Part shown: positions 13,193 to 27,933 of the stretch, piece after piece
Layout of the letters: every line of letters begins with the position of its first letter
Position numbering within the stretch: position 1 is the first letter of the stretch
Source of the DNA: Octopus vulgaris
Lineage: Eukaryota
DNA length: 64,000 nucleotides
Direction of reading: 5' to 3'
Assembly: GCA_951406725.2 (NCBI GenBank)
Contig: OX597817.1
Location: 73,222,001-73,286,000, forward strand
Program-made: the position numbers and the translations under genes
The notes under the pieces: generated by a model
Told to the model about the DNA's origin: nothing
The model's input: only the letters and a program-made list of their open reading frames with translations
The model's database searches: none

Positions 13193-13249
13193 TCTCTAGG
13201 TGTGTGTGCAATACCAGAGTAAGACTACCAGACAGTGCCTTTGAGTATA

Positions 13250-13479
13250 TATTTCTTTATTGCCCACAAGGGGCTAACATATAGAGGGGACAAACAAGGA
13301 CAGACAAACGGATTAAGTCGATTACATCGACCCCAGTACGTAACTGGTACTTAATTTATCGACCCCGAAAGGATGAAAGGCAAAGTCGACCTCGGCGGAA
13401 TTTGAACTCAGAACATAATGGCAGACGAAATACGGCTACGCATTTCGCCCGGCGTCCTAACGTTTCTGCCAGCTCGCCG
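13250..13479 (-). mobile_element. SINE family B, full length, flanked by a direct repeat
   Basis: Family B sequence; GTGCCTTTGAGTATA occurs on both sides (about 13235 and 13479), consistent with a TSD. Confidence 0.85.
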
Positions 13480-13634
13480 TGCCTTTGAGTATAATCACAG
13501 TGGGTGAGACTGGCATTCACATGTAGGTCTCACTATCACAGCTGATGCTATTCTATCAACTAGACCTAAACAAGACTTTCCAAGTACAGATCCATGCATT
13601 CTCAAGACTAACAGATGCCTCCAATATATAAATA

Positions 13635-14865
13635 CAAGGGGTGGACAAAATAATGGAAACACCTAGCATCATAGCATCATAATTTTAAAATATCTATAAA
13701 ATCGTCAAAAGCTTGTTTATTTTTATGTTTTTGATTTATTATTAGTGTTGCTTAATATCTTTTGCTAAAATTGCTGTTTCTTTTCAGATATCATCAGAAA
13801 AAGGTAATCAAAATTTATTAAAATGACAGATCTATTAGACTTTCAAAGAGGTCAAATTGTTGGTGTTTGTATGCCAGGCGCTAGCATAATGAAAACAGTC
13901 AAAATGTTTGGTGTATCGAGAAGTACTGTCTCGAAAGTTATGACAGCCTTTGAGAAAGAGGTAAAAACTCTGGCAGAAAACCAAAACTTTCAGATAGGGA
14001 CCATCAAACTCTTACACGAATTGTTAGAAAGGATCACAAAAGTACAGCTCCCAAAATTACTGCAGAGCTTAATAACCACCTCGAGAACCTAGTCTCCACA
14101 AAAACTGTTTGACAGGAGTTGCACAAAGCCGGATTTCACAGGAGGGCTGCAATCAGAAAACCACTCCTTTCAAAAACAAACATTGCAAAGTGTTTAGAGT
14201 GGAGTAAAAACCTACAGAATTGGTCCCTAGAGCAGTGGAAGAATGCTATTTTCTCAGGTGAGTCATCCTTTACTTTATTTCCGACCACTGGCTGAGTATA
14301 CGTGCGGAGACAGCCAAAAGAAGCATTTGACCCAGACTGCCTTTTTCCAACTGTTAAACATTGAGGAGGTTCTGTGATGATCTGGGGGGCTATATCTTGG
14401 AAATCTACCAGCTCAATGGTTTCCCTTTATGGCAGAATTAATAGTCAAAACTATTTAAGCATTTTATCTGATCAAATTCATCTTATGGTTGCACAATCTT
14501 TCAGGATGATAATGCACCAATTCACACAGCTAAAGTTGTTACTGAATGGCACAAGGAACATTCTAGTGAAGTTGAACATCTTAATCTGGCCACCACAGTC
14601 TCCAGATCTCAATATTATTGAACATTTATGGTGCATTTTAGAAAAACAAGTAAGGAATCAATATCCTCCACCATCATCACTACAAGAGCTGAAAACTGTT
14701 TTAGCTGAAGAATGGACAAAAATTCCTTTGGAAACAATTCAAATTTTGTACAAGTCCATAACTCATAGAATTCAAGCTGTAATTAATGCCAAAGGCAGTC
14801 CTACCCCATATTAAAATAAATTTGTTTGAAATTTTAAGGTGTTTCTATTATTTTTCCAACCTCTG
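13635..14865 (+). mobile_element. Tc1-like DNA transposon with frameshifted transposase
   Basis: TIRs CAAGGGGTGGACAAAATAATGGAAACACCT and AGGTGTTTCTATTATTTTTCCAACCTCTG, left TIR preceded by TA; HTH N-terminus MTDLLDFQRGQIVG; FS(G)ES, FQDDNAPIH and WPPQSPDLNIIEHLW motifs. Confidence 0.9.
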
Positions 14866-14887
14866 TGTGTGTGTGTGTGTGTGTAAT

Positions 14888-15800
14888 ATCTGGTTGGAAA
14901 GAAAGTCCTGTTACATTTCAAGATGGGCAACAAACAAATGTTGCTATGGTATTAAATGATTTATTTAATCAAGATATTTTCTCTCGTTATTGATAAGGAC
15001 AAATTGTTGATCCCTCAGGCACAAAACTCATCAGGTTTCAAAGCAAAAAACCCCTGAATATCATTTCATAATGATATTGAACATTGTCATCCTAAATAAT
15101 GCTACAATGATCCGAAAAGATGATATTCACATGGATCAAAGATAAGAGAGTAAGGAGGATGAAGCAAATAGTTTCCATATTTAGTATCATAATCTTTTCC
15201 TGGATGACTTAGGCAAAGTATGGTCTTATATTATTGCATAAAAGCAACTCACCTTTACACCTGACTAGTGATGGATGCTTCCAGTCCACAATACTTCTTG
15301 GCATTAACTAAAGCACAAAGCATATTTTTTTTCTTTTGAAGTGTGAAGTATGGAGTATAGTCCTAGTTTGAGGATGGATTTTAGTGGGTGCTAACCATTA
15401 TTGCTTTTGTTGGATATAATTATAGACAACCCACTTTTTCCTCACTTGCAACATGATAATTCTATTCAGGAAAGGTTTGGTAGCAGATTTACTGTTTGAT
15501 TACGAGAAGAGGGCAGCTCTTTGATTAATCCGGGACCCACATGACAAGGTTAGCTACCTTTCTTAGGTCATGAAGATGTTTTATGATTGAAGTGTGTCTG
15601 GAATTGATCTGTTTTGCTAATCTCATGTAGGTAGATATATCAAAACAGTTTGATTCAGAATCCTCGGTAGTTTGAGTTTCAAGTGCATGGCTAGTCTTCA
15701 ACCATCGGAGTCTGAATTTCAGATTGATTGAAGAGATTGATTGATGATGTTAGCCTGCAATTGGTTGAGAAAGGTCACCGATACAAATTAACCCCTATGA
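14888..15800 (-). mobile_element. Decayed mariner-like transposon
   Basis: Mariner-like terminus TATCTGGTTGGAAAGAAAGTCCTG; transposase-like remnants on minus strand; no intact ORF. Confidence 0.4.
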
Positions 15801-16362
15801 CAGCACTACAAATCACCAATCACCAAAATTTTCCTATGCCTGTCTACCGGCTTACTCTCACCCCTTGTACATCACTACTTGTGTATGACCATGCGAGTGT
15901 ATGTGAGGTTTTTCTTATGAGGTTTTTCACTCTAACTACTTGATAAAGTCTTATAAAGAATTTATCCTATTTTTAAATTGTAAATTTAACCGGAGTATAT
16001 TCAGTACTGAATTTTTATTCTGAATAAGCATGTTGTACCAAGATGCAATTCGAAAAAGCCTGCCTTTTACATAGATGTATAAAGGTTGAACATTTCTATA
16101 TGCTACACTGGATACAATGGGTGTTCATCTGGTATGTTGATTTTTGTTCATTTTTTTATAATCTTGAATTATGCTTGCACTGACGATTAAAAAGTGCATT
16201 TCTGCACTAATTATGAAATCATGTGATTTTTCAGCTGAATTCTGTTTTTAAAAGGCTCGCTTCAAGAATTGCATTCCCTTACATTCAATACTATGTGTTT
16301 ATTTATTTTGGTAGTTTTGACTTTAAATTCCTCCTAGCATGTGGCATTTATGTATAGTAATA

Positions 16363-16400
<38 letters not shown>

Positions 16401-16406
<6 letters not shown>

Positions 16407-16702
16407 GAATGGAGTTGAATGACGAATTAACAAAATTCCTTTATTTTTGACATATGTTTCGAAGGCTGCATATTCCTAATTGTGAAGGAATAAGGAGTAT
16501 ATTATGCCACTTTCTCATCAGGAAAAGCAAGGAACTTATGTCAACATCAACTCCATTCTTTCATATATTTATATTTAAAAAAAAAAACATACAAATTTCC
16601 ACACGAAAGCACGTAACTTCAAACGTGTCTTCTCTGATGTGAATTTGCTACCCAGGTATCGGTTAACCAAATTATCCATAACAAGATAATTCATTCAACT
16701 AC

Positions 16703-16705
<3 letters not shown>
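16401..16705. mobile_element. Penelope-like pseudo-LTR fragment inserted in (TA)n
   Basis: 18-bp inverted repeat ATGAAAGAATGGAGTTGA (16401-16418) / TCAACTCCATTCTTTCAT (16547-16564) enclosing an HHR; (TA)n on both sides. Confidence 0.6.
16444..16527 (-). ncRNA. Type I hammerhead ribozyme motif, canonical core
   Basis: UUUUC-CUGAUGA-GAA...UUC-GAAAC-AUAU-GUC-AAAAA; long stem II with GCAUA/UAUGC and AUUCCU/AGGAAU pairings; palindromic stem III ACAUAUGU. Confidence 0.7.
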
Positions 16706-16760
<55 letters not shown>

Positions 16761-17185
16761 ACAATAATGAAATACATAAATACATAACAAAGTTTGAGGA
16801 TTTTTTCTCTGTTGCAGTATATATCAAATGGTTGAAGAAGAATGACAAGTGGTGAGGTAGTTTATTGAAACAGATCTGTCCGTTCTATGCCAGTCTGGAA
16901 AAACAGACATCAAATGATGATGAAGATGATAGAGAAAATGCTGATTTGGCTATTTGGTTGTCAAAATTAAAGACATGAATGTTCAATCACATATAGATAT
17001 ATTTACATATATACTTACATATACATACACAAATACATGCAAATATGTGTGTGTATGTGTATGTTTGTATGCATGTATGTGGGTATGTTTACATATATAT
17101 GCACATGCATATATGTGAGTATATATGATGATGATGATGATGATGATGATACGTGTATATGTACACACACACACACATACATATA

Positions 17186-17401
17186 TGAGGGGGTGCTGAA
17201 AAGTTCCTGGCTTTAAGGGTATTGTGAAAGGCCTGGTTGAAGGCCCAGCCTTCAGAGTTCCTTTACAGGGCTTAGAAAACCTGATGGACTGCTGCAGTAA
17301 GTGTGTGAATCGAAGACGGGAATATATTAAATAAAATCATAATTCAACTGATCTTCCTGCATTTTCTTTTACCCAAAGCCAGGAACTTTTCAGCACCCCC
17401 T

Positions 17402-17403
<2 letters not shown>
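17186..17403. mobile_element. Mariner-derived MITE
   Basis: TIRs TGAGGGGGTGCTGAAAAGTTCCTGGCTTT / AAAGCCAGGAACTTTTCAGCACCCCCTCA; partial copy at 58873-59025. Confidence 0.85.
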
Positions 17404-17451
<48 letters not shown>

Positions 17452-17862
17452 CATATGTCTCTGTCTCTGTGTGTTGTTTGTATATGCATACATGTACTTA
17501 TCTTGATATATGGTTTCATATACAAAACAGAGAGTTTGAAATGATTACATTTGACATGTAGAAGAGCATGCAAAGAAAATAATTATTCCTGGTAGAAAAA
17601 CAGATGACATGTTAGCTACCAGCCTGTGATTTTCTGTCATCTCTCTTAAATCAATATTTCTTATTTTATTGCAAAAGAACATGATTCCTAGCTATCAGAA
17701 CCATATTTCTTTCCCCATTGGAACTTCTGGTTGGAAGTCAGAAGAGTTACTTTTACCAACTAAAAAGAAGGCTTTTATCTTGTAGAAAACATGCAGATTA
17801 TTAAGTAATAAAGGTTAGTTAGTGACCTGTAATCTTCAGTGAGACAAGAGGATGAGAGGAGT

Positions 17863-17895
<33 letters not shown>

Positions 17896-18888
17896 TGAGA
17901 GAGAGAGAGATGAAAGAAAAGAAGGCAGAAGAAAAGAGAGAGTGGAGAGAAAAGAGAGATGGAAGAGAAATGTATGTGTGTGTGTGTATGTATAAATATA
18001 TATATATGCACACACACTCATACACACACACGCGCATGCACACACACACACACACATAGTGTTGATTAGTTATTTATATATACACATGGCGGTTGTTAGA
18101 AATTTCAAGGTCACATAGAAGAAGAAGAAGAAGAAGAAGAAGAAGAGCAATAACAACAACCCATCATCATCATAATCTGCAGTCCTGTAATAAGAACCAG
18201 AGCCTGTCTAGATCTAATAAGATAAATAGACTGAAATGAAGGACTCATTGTATTATGTAGTCCTTTTCTGCTTCAGGGATTTAGCAAGCCACAAGAATTA
18301 CTAAAATATTTTTACTTTCCGTCTTCTGTCTGTCTATCTCTCCCCCACCCACCCCTCTCTCACTTTCCCTGTCTCTCTCTTTCTCTTCCTCTCATCCTAA
18401 TTTTTGACTCATATTTGATGAGTTCATAAATAGGACAATATGCATCTTTAAACGAAAATAAGGCTTTTGTCTGCCTTTCTCTAATTATTCATCTATGTGG
18501 CTCTTGGCTCTGATGATGACTTCTAACAGTCTTCTCTCTTTATGTACATAACACTCTACCTATCCTATTCTAGCTTCATTACTCTATCTATATCTTTTTA
18601 CCTATCTTATTCTATCTATATCCCTCAGTTTATCTTCTTTTATCTCTCTCTCTCTCTTTTTCTTTCCCTTTATATATTTTTGTATATCTCTCTCTATTGA
18701 TATCCCTCTCGATAGACTCATGCTACCTCCACTCAGGCATTCCTGTCTCACTCATCTCTACTCCTTCCATACCTTGTTGAGTCTAACCTCTTAGGCCCTA
18801 CACTAATTAACTTATTCAGTCCATCCCAGAACAGCAGCCCTTTGAACTTCTCTCCCTGCTCTTATTTTTTCTGCAGGTGTTTACTTAC

Positions 18889-18973
18889 AAAGATTCAAGA
18901 ATAACATTAATGGAATCAATCTCACCAATCTAAGAGAACTTGTAAAGGTCATGGGCACAGCTCCTTCGTCCAT
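18889..18973 (-). CDS. Candidate first coding exon of a secreted or membrane protein (MDEGAVPMTFTSSLRLVRLIPLMLFLNL...)
   Basis: Minus strand: acceptor TTTTTTTTATCACTTGCAG|ATCATGG (exon starts 18976, ATG in Kozak-like context), open frame, donor TTT|GTAAGT at 18888; hydrophobic C-terminal half; non-repetitive sequence. Confidence 0.45.
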
Positions 18974-19027
18974 GATCTGCAAGTGATAAAAAAAATACAC
19001 ACACACACACACACATACACACATTGA

Positions 19028-19280
19028 AGGCACATGGCCTAGTGGTTAGAGCATTGCATTCATGATTGCTAGATCATAGGTCGATTCCCGGATCAGGTGG
19101 TGTGTTGTGTTCTTGAGCAAAGCACTTCATTTCATGTTCCAGTCCACTTACCTGTAAATGGGTAACCCTATGACAAAAATAGCCTTCTGATCACCTAGCC
19201 AGCAATGTGGTATTATTCAAAATCTAAAACAATGCAATGTGCATTGTGACTAGTGATGCATAGCAATATCTGATAGTCAA
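19028..19280 (+). mobile_element. tRNA-derived SINE family D
   Basis: TGGCCTAGTGGTTAGAGC (A box), GGTCGATTCCC (B box), then GTGTTCTTGAGCAAAGCACTT; related copy at 55150-55270. Confidence 0.65.
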
Positions 19281-19689
19281 GATATATATATATACCCTGC
19301 TATCTCATTTATACAATTAGACAATTCCTGTTAAATAAATTTACTATACTTATGTCTTGGTGGTATATTGTAATGCATCAAATTAAGGATTTCACTAACT
19401 ATATTAGCTCTTACTTCTAGATTAACTTCTGGATTGTTCCAAAAAATATTCTTCTTACCTATGCTTGTTGCTTTCATTGTTTATTTGTATCTGATCTTAT
19501 TGGGGAATTAGCTGAGTGTTTTATTATAACACACACTGTATGCACACGTGCAGGTGCATGCACACACACACATACACATGCACACACACACATACACATG
19601 CACACACACACATGCTCACACACACACACAGAGAATGTTTGGACTAAATTTGAAAGTTTGCATAAAAGGAAAAGAAAACACAATATTCC

Positions 19690-20200
19690 ATCAAAAAATA
19701 AAACTATTTTAAAATAACAAAAGTATCAATTAGATTATGGTTGGGAGAAAGCAGTTTATTCAAAGCAGGTGCACCTCAGCTCTCTCTATGGCCTCAACAT
19801 GGCTCTGGAACCTGGTGCAAGTGGTCCTCTCTGTGTCCCTGATAAGATCTTCGAACACCTTCTTGATCTTGGTTACCAGCTTGGCTTTGTTGTTGTAAGC
19901 AGAACAGCTGATATCTTTCTCAACCATGTCCTACAATAGTAGCTCATAGGATCACAATTGACGGGATTAGGAGGCCAGAAAATGGGGCTGGTGAAGTCAT
20001 GGAAATTCTCCAATAACCACTCGTAACTCTTTCTGGAGGCATGGCAAAGAGCTGAATCCTGCTCCAACCCTCTTCCAATATCCCATATCAACTAACTTTT
20101 TCTCAACTACAACTTTTTAATCGTTATATTCTCCAATGCTGTTGACTTTTCATCAATATATCCTGAAAAAAAGGAGACATAAAAATCATCAAATTTAGCC
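19690..20200 (-). mobile_element. Decayed Tc1/mariner transposase fragment
   Basis: QDSALCHASRKSYEWL...FWPPNPVNCDPMSYY resembles QD.AP.H...WPP.SPDLNPLDY. Confidence 0.55.
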
Positions 20201-20596
20201 AAAGCGCTGTGTGTGTGTGTATATATATATACCCCACCCTCACATCCCCACATGGCCACACCACATCATACCACCCCACACTACTCCATGCACACTAGCA
20301 CTGACCACTTCCCAGCACCCACACCACACACCATCATCCACATACCCATACATTACAGGCATGCACACACACACACACATCCACATGTCAAAGTCATTAG
20401 CCCCTATCCACACGCACACATTTACACACTCTCTCACACACACACATGCACTCGCATCTTCATTTTGGGATCACCAGTACTTTATTATCTTCCCTTCTTC
20501 CTAGTTCTCCTGTCCAGCTACCTTTTTCCAACCAGTTGCCATGATTGACCGTTAAATCCACATCTATATTTTCTCTCCATTTATTTCCTTATGTTC

Positions 20597-20632
20597 CTTT
20601 CTGTTGAAGAGCGCAGGCTCAAAACGTAAAAG
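20597..20632 (+). ncRNA. Hammerhead-like motif, A6U family, inactivated copy (G12A)
   Basis: CUUU-CUGUUGA-A-GAGC-GCAG-GCUC-AAAAC-GUA-AAAG inside a repeat spanning about 20570-20720. Confidence 0.5.
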
Positions 20633-21648
20633 ACTTCTCACCTTTCCAAGCATCAAACTAATACACCTGCTTGTTGTTTATACATCTGTTTTTGTCTTTT
20701 GTTTTTCTGTAAATTTCAACTATATATATATATATATATATATACCTGTGTACATGTAGCTGTAAGGTAAAAAGTTTGCATTCCAACCACATAGTTCTGG
20801 GTTCAGTCCACTGCATGGTACCTGTAGTTCCAGGTTGACCAAAACCTTGTGAGTGGATTTGGTTGATGGACAAGTTTCTTTCAGTTTCCATCTACCAAAT
20901 CCACTCATAAGGCTTATATGTATGTGTGTGTGTTTGTCCTCCTTAACATTAGTGGTTTGGCAATAAGAGACGAATATAAAAAAAAAAACAGACTTTGCAA
21001 GAAAGTACAGAGGTCAATTTTTTTGACTAATCCTTTTCAAGGCAGTGTCCCAATGTGGTTGCAGTTTGATGACTAAAACAAGCGAAAGATAAAAGATAAA
21101 AGAAATAGGTAAAGTCAGTAATACAATTTGTGGTGATGGTAGTGATTTATCTTTGACTTTGAGTCATTGTCTTAAAACACTTCTCCCTCCGCATCATCTT
21201 TGTTGTCATCATCATCATCATCATTGTCACAATCGTCATCATTGTCATTATCACCATCACCACCATCATCATCATTATTGGCAGTAGCAGCAGTATTAGT
21301 AGGGGTTAGTACCAGAAAGAAGGCCTGATGGGTAATACGGGAGATGGTGATTGTTTAGTGTTTCTCTTTCTTTTTTTTCTCTCTCTCTCTCTCCCCCTTG
21401 CACTCACTCTCATTACCCCTCTTGTTATCGCTTAACTTCTAACTAGGATTGACTAATGAATTGATTGACTGAATGAGTGATTGATTGATTGACTCATTGA
21501 TTGAAGCGGACAGATTAACTGATTAGTCGATGGATTGATTGATTGACAACATCATTACACCATCCCCATAATCACCACAACTACCATTACTTCTTTCTAA
21601 CTACCACCATCATCATCATCACAATCACTTTTAATCACCATCATTTCT

Positions 21649-21685
<37 letters not shown>

Positions 21686-21928
21686 AACTACAACTACTAC
21701 ACTCATTATCTCCATAATTGACACTAATATTCACTTCCATCACAAAACTTTCTGTCACCATCTCTACCTGAACTACTCCCATCATCACTAATGCCAGTCA
21801 ATTACCACCACCACCACTACTACTGCCATTGCCATCATCAGCCCCAATACCAGAATCACTATCACCTCCAGCCTCGTTGTTACCACCACAAGCACTACCA
21901 TGATCAAGGGACAAAATGTGTGTGAGAA

Positions 21929-21970
<42 letters not shown>

Positions 21971-22711
21971 TATGAGTAAGTCACATAACCTTTATTGTAA
22001 TCCAGCCAAAAACTTATATTCAGGAGAAGTTGAAAAACCGAAGAGAGCAATAGGAGAAGGAGTAGGAGAAGAAAATGAAAATACAAGCAGAGAGAGAGAG
22101 AGAGAGAGAGAGAGACTGAGTTGGTGCCTCACTAATGAATCTGTGACATTGTGTCAGCTGTGATTGATATCTCTTGCAATATGTATGTATGTATGTATGT
22201 ATGTCTGTCTGTCTGTCTATCTGTCTGTATGTATGTATTATGCATGCATGTATGTATGAGTATTTGTGTGCATGTGCTTGTATATATATATATATATACA
22301 TTCAACAACTATTGAAAAGGTTGCACGATGCAATGAAAATTTTAGAAATTTTAGTAAATGAGTAGAAATTTTATCAGTGGGTATGTTAAATTATAAGGCA
22401 TTAAAAGAGAATGACTCTCCCTAGATCCCACAAGGAGAATATGCTTCAACACATGAACTCATATAAAGAATCTTGCAAATCAAATCCAAAAACGAAATAT
22501 GTAATAACAAATATACGTTAATCTACTCTAAAAGGAATATGAGAAACCTGTAAAATGGAAAGAATGTTAATAGTTCTACAACCTGAAATCAAATTTCAAA
22601 CATATTTATGAAGGCTTAGCATCAAAAAGGGAAACAATTTTGGAATGAAATAGTCCAACAACATACCACTTGAATATTCTATCATTAGACGGTAAAATTG
22701 ATCACATAACA

Positions 22712-24500
<1,789 letters not shown>

Positions 24501-24513
24501 TTGATAGATATAG

Positions 24514-24544
<31 letters not shown>

Positions 24545-24812
24545 AAGATAAATTGATAGATACAACCGAGTGGGCAAACAAAAATATGAGACACAGCCTA
24601 GTGCTTTTTTATGTTGATAAGCCTAGTACTTATTCTATTAGTTTGTTCTTGTGAAACCAGTAAGTTTTGTGGATGTAAATAAATGAACAGCAGTTGTGAA
24701 GCAGTGATGAGGGCGAAACACAGACACAAAGACACACACATACACTTACATATATATATATATATATATATGATTGATTTGTTTCAGTTCCTGTCTACGA
24801 AATCCATATATA

Positions 24813-27522
24813 TTGTTGTTGGCATCCTATTTGTCTCGGGATACAATGGAATTGCGCATAAAATAATCTAGCCTGGCTTTTACATTTCATGTCCTAATAC
24901 ATCTCCTGCTGTGGCTGTGTAGTCCTATCCTGGACAAGCACTCCCTCTGGCAGGTGCCACAAATGTAGCGAAGACTTTGCCTGGCTGGTTGTAATGTCAT
25001 ACTTTCTTGTTGACGTCTTTTCTTGTCTTTCCATTTCTCCTTTCTCACTATGTCACTCCTTGTGTTCCCTCTTTTACGGTACGTCGCCAATCTCCACGGT
25101 TGCTGGCAACTGCTTCCCAGTTGGTAATATTGATGTTGCAAGCATTCATGTCCCTTTTGCAAACATCCTTGTATCGTAAGAACGGTCTTCCCACAGACCT
25201 AGTGCCCTTAGCAAGCTCTCCGTTGAGTATGTCCTTGGGGATTCTACCATCTTCCATACGGCTAACATGTTGAAGCCATCTCATACGTATTTGTGTGAGG
25301 AGTGTAAACATGCTTGGTATTCCTGCTTGCTTGAGGACATCTTTGTTGGGGACATGATTCTGCCATTTGATGCGAAGGATTTTCCGGAGGCAGCGCAGGT
25401 GAAAGATATTTAGGTGACGTATGGCGTCCTATGGCGTGTGTATGGCGTTCAAGTCTCACTTCCATACAGTAGAGTGCTAAGTACACATGCCTGGTAAATC
25501 TTCATTTTTGTGGTCTTGGTCAGCTTATTGTTGTCCCATGTCCGTTTGGAGAGTTGGGCCATCACAGCAGCTGCCTTGCCAATGCGTGTATTGAGCTCAG
25601 TATCAAGGGATAGGTTGTAGGTGACGGTAGAGCCAAGATAGGTAAACTTCTCCACCTCCTGTAGTCTGTGGTCTCCAATATGTATGTTTGGGATGGTCGA
25701 TGTAGCTTGACCCATGATGTTGGTCTTCTTGAGGCTGATAAATAAGCCAAAGTTTCCACATGCTTGCTCAAAACAGTTGATGAGCCTTTGTAGGGCTTCT
25801 TCTGTGTGTGATACCAGAGTGGCATCATCAGCAAATAGCATCTCTTTGATCAGGACACTTCTGATTTTGGTCATGGCACGCAGACGCGAGAGATTGAACA
25901 GTTTCCCATCACTTCTACTGTGCAGAAACACTCCATCATCTGATGTCACAAAGGCATGTGACAGCAGCAGCAAGAAGAAGATGCTAAATACTGTAGGAGC
26001 AAGGACAAAACCTTGCTTTACCCCATTTTTTATTTGGAAGGCGGCTGATGTTGAACCATTGTGCTGTATGGTGCCTTGCATATCATCATGGAAAGATGTG
26101 ATGATCCTCAGCAGCTTTGGTGGACATCTGATTTTTTGGAGCAGGAAGAAGAGGCCTTTTCTACTTACCAAGCCAAAGGCCTTTGCCAGATCAATGAAGG
26201 CCATATATAATGGCATTTTCTGCTCTCTGGACTTCTGAAGTTGGCGTATAGAGAATATCATGTCAATAGTTGATCTGCTTCTTCTAAAGCCACACTGCGA
26301 TTCTGGATAAATTCGAGAAGCAAGCAGTTGCAGCCTGGACAGGATAATGCGAGCAGAGGCCTTTCCAACAGTGCTTAGAAGAGATATTCCATGGTAATTG
26401 TTACAATCACCACGGTCACCTTTGTTTTTGTAAAGCGTAATGATGTTAGCATCTCGCATATCCTGAAGGACTGTACCCTCTTCCCAGCACTGACACAGAA
26501 GCTCATGAATGTGCTGAAGCAGGATGGTGTTTTTGCCGATTTTGATGATCTCTAAGGGGATGCCATCTTTTCCCGGAGCCTTGTTACTTGCTAGGGAGTC
26601 AATAGCCTTGGTGAGCTCTGCTATAGATTGATTGATTCTAGTTTCAGCTCACGAGGCAGACTGTCAAGATCTTGACACCCTTGATTGCAGCCTCAGCTAC
26701 CGTGGTCTCTCGTGAGTAGAGATCCTGGTAGTACTCCACTCATCTATCCATTTGCTTGCTTTGGTCCTTGATGAGATCCTTAGTAGTTGATTTCAGAGGG
26801 GCAAACTTAGTTGTGGATGGACCGAAGGCCTTCTTCAAACTGGCATACATCCCATCGGTGTCGCCACTGTCAGCAGCTGACTGGATACTCTGACAAATTT
26901 CCTGCCAATACCTATTTGCACAGCATCTGGAAGTCAGTTGGATTTTATTTCTTACCTTTCTGAGTTCTTCGAGTGACTTTATAGAAGAATTACTCTTGTA
27001 TTACATCAGAGCTGCACGCTTTGTTTCAATAACTGTTTCCAGCACTGAACAAAATCTGGGTTTTGCCTTTCTCTCATGCCGAAAGTATCTATTGATGTGG
27101 TATACAAAGCTTCCCTAATATAATTCCACCTACTTTCAGCAGAGGTGGTTGGGCAGCTACTGAGGGCAACTTTGATAGAAACAGCAAAACATTGTCGCAG
27201 TGTAGGGTTGGAGGTTCTGGCAGTGTTAATGCGTGGTCGGCCCATTTTCTTGGAGTGATGGACTTTTTAGGCAGAATCCTCACCCTGCTTCTTATTAGTG
27301 AATGATCTGTGTCACAATCCGCGCTGTGTCAGTTGAACAGAATTCAGAAAGGGTCTTCGTGTAATGATGATATCCAGCTGATGCCAGTGGTGAGATCTTG
27401 GATGTCTCTAAGATGCCTTGTGGGATGTCTTGTTGGCAAAGAATGTGTTAGTGATGCACAGGTTATTGTATGTGCAAAATTCAAGTAGTCTCTGGCCATT
27501 GTCATTCATGTTGCCAATACCA
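24813..27522 (-). mobile_element. RTE-clade LINE, 5'-truncated, with frameshifts
   Basis: ORF 25449-26459: DANIITLYKNKGDRGDCNNYHGISLL, PESQCGFR, AFIDLAKAF, GVKQG..LAP, MLFADD; C-terminal zinc finger C..C.REC.SRIGLHSH; end of APE domain HPRSHHWHQLDIII near 27370; (CAA)n tail. Confidence 0.95.
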
Positions 27523-27594
27523 AAACACATACACTTACATATATACATACATATATATACGATCGATTTGTTTCAGTTACTGTCTGCGAAATCC

Positions 27595-27625
<31 letters not shown>

Positions 27626-27668
27626 TGAATAAAAAATGGAGTTAACGCAGGTGTAATCAAATATTTTT

Positions 27669-27754
27669 ACTTTCGACACATGTTTCGAAAATTCCACTGA
27701 TACTATTCAAAAGAATAAATGGTATAAACAATGCAATCTTCTCCTCAGGAAAGT
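27669..27754 (-). ncRNA. Type I hammerhead ribozyme (left-arm copy)
   Basis: Reverse complement of 27848-27933. Confidence 0.8.
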
Positions 27755-27847
27755 GAAAAAACGAAACTCGTCAATAAGACATTTTAGCAAAAAATGATGG
27801 ATCTCATTTTTTGCTAAAATGTCTTATTGACGAGTTTCGTTTTTTTC

Positions 27848-27933
27848 ACTTTCCTGAGGAGAAGATTGCATTGTTTATACCATTTATTCTTTTGAATAGT
27901 ATCAGTGGAATTTTCGAAACATGTGTCGAAAGT
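27848..27933 (+). ncRNA. Type I hammerhead ribozyme, intact canonical core
   Basis: Stem I ACUUUC/GAAAGU; core CUGAGGA; stem II GAAGAUUGCAUUG...CAGUGGAAUUUUC; GAAAC-AUGU-GUC with predicted cleavage after C27927. Confidence 0.8.

Noticed and set aside
18877-18987. Plus-strand reading of the candidate exon after TTTTTTCTGCAG
   Set aside because: No good donor; the minus-strand model has acceptor, ATG and GTAAGT donor. Not fully excluded as a terminal exon
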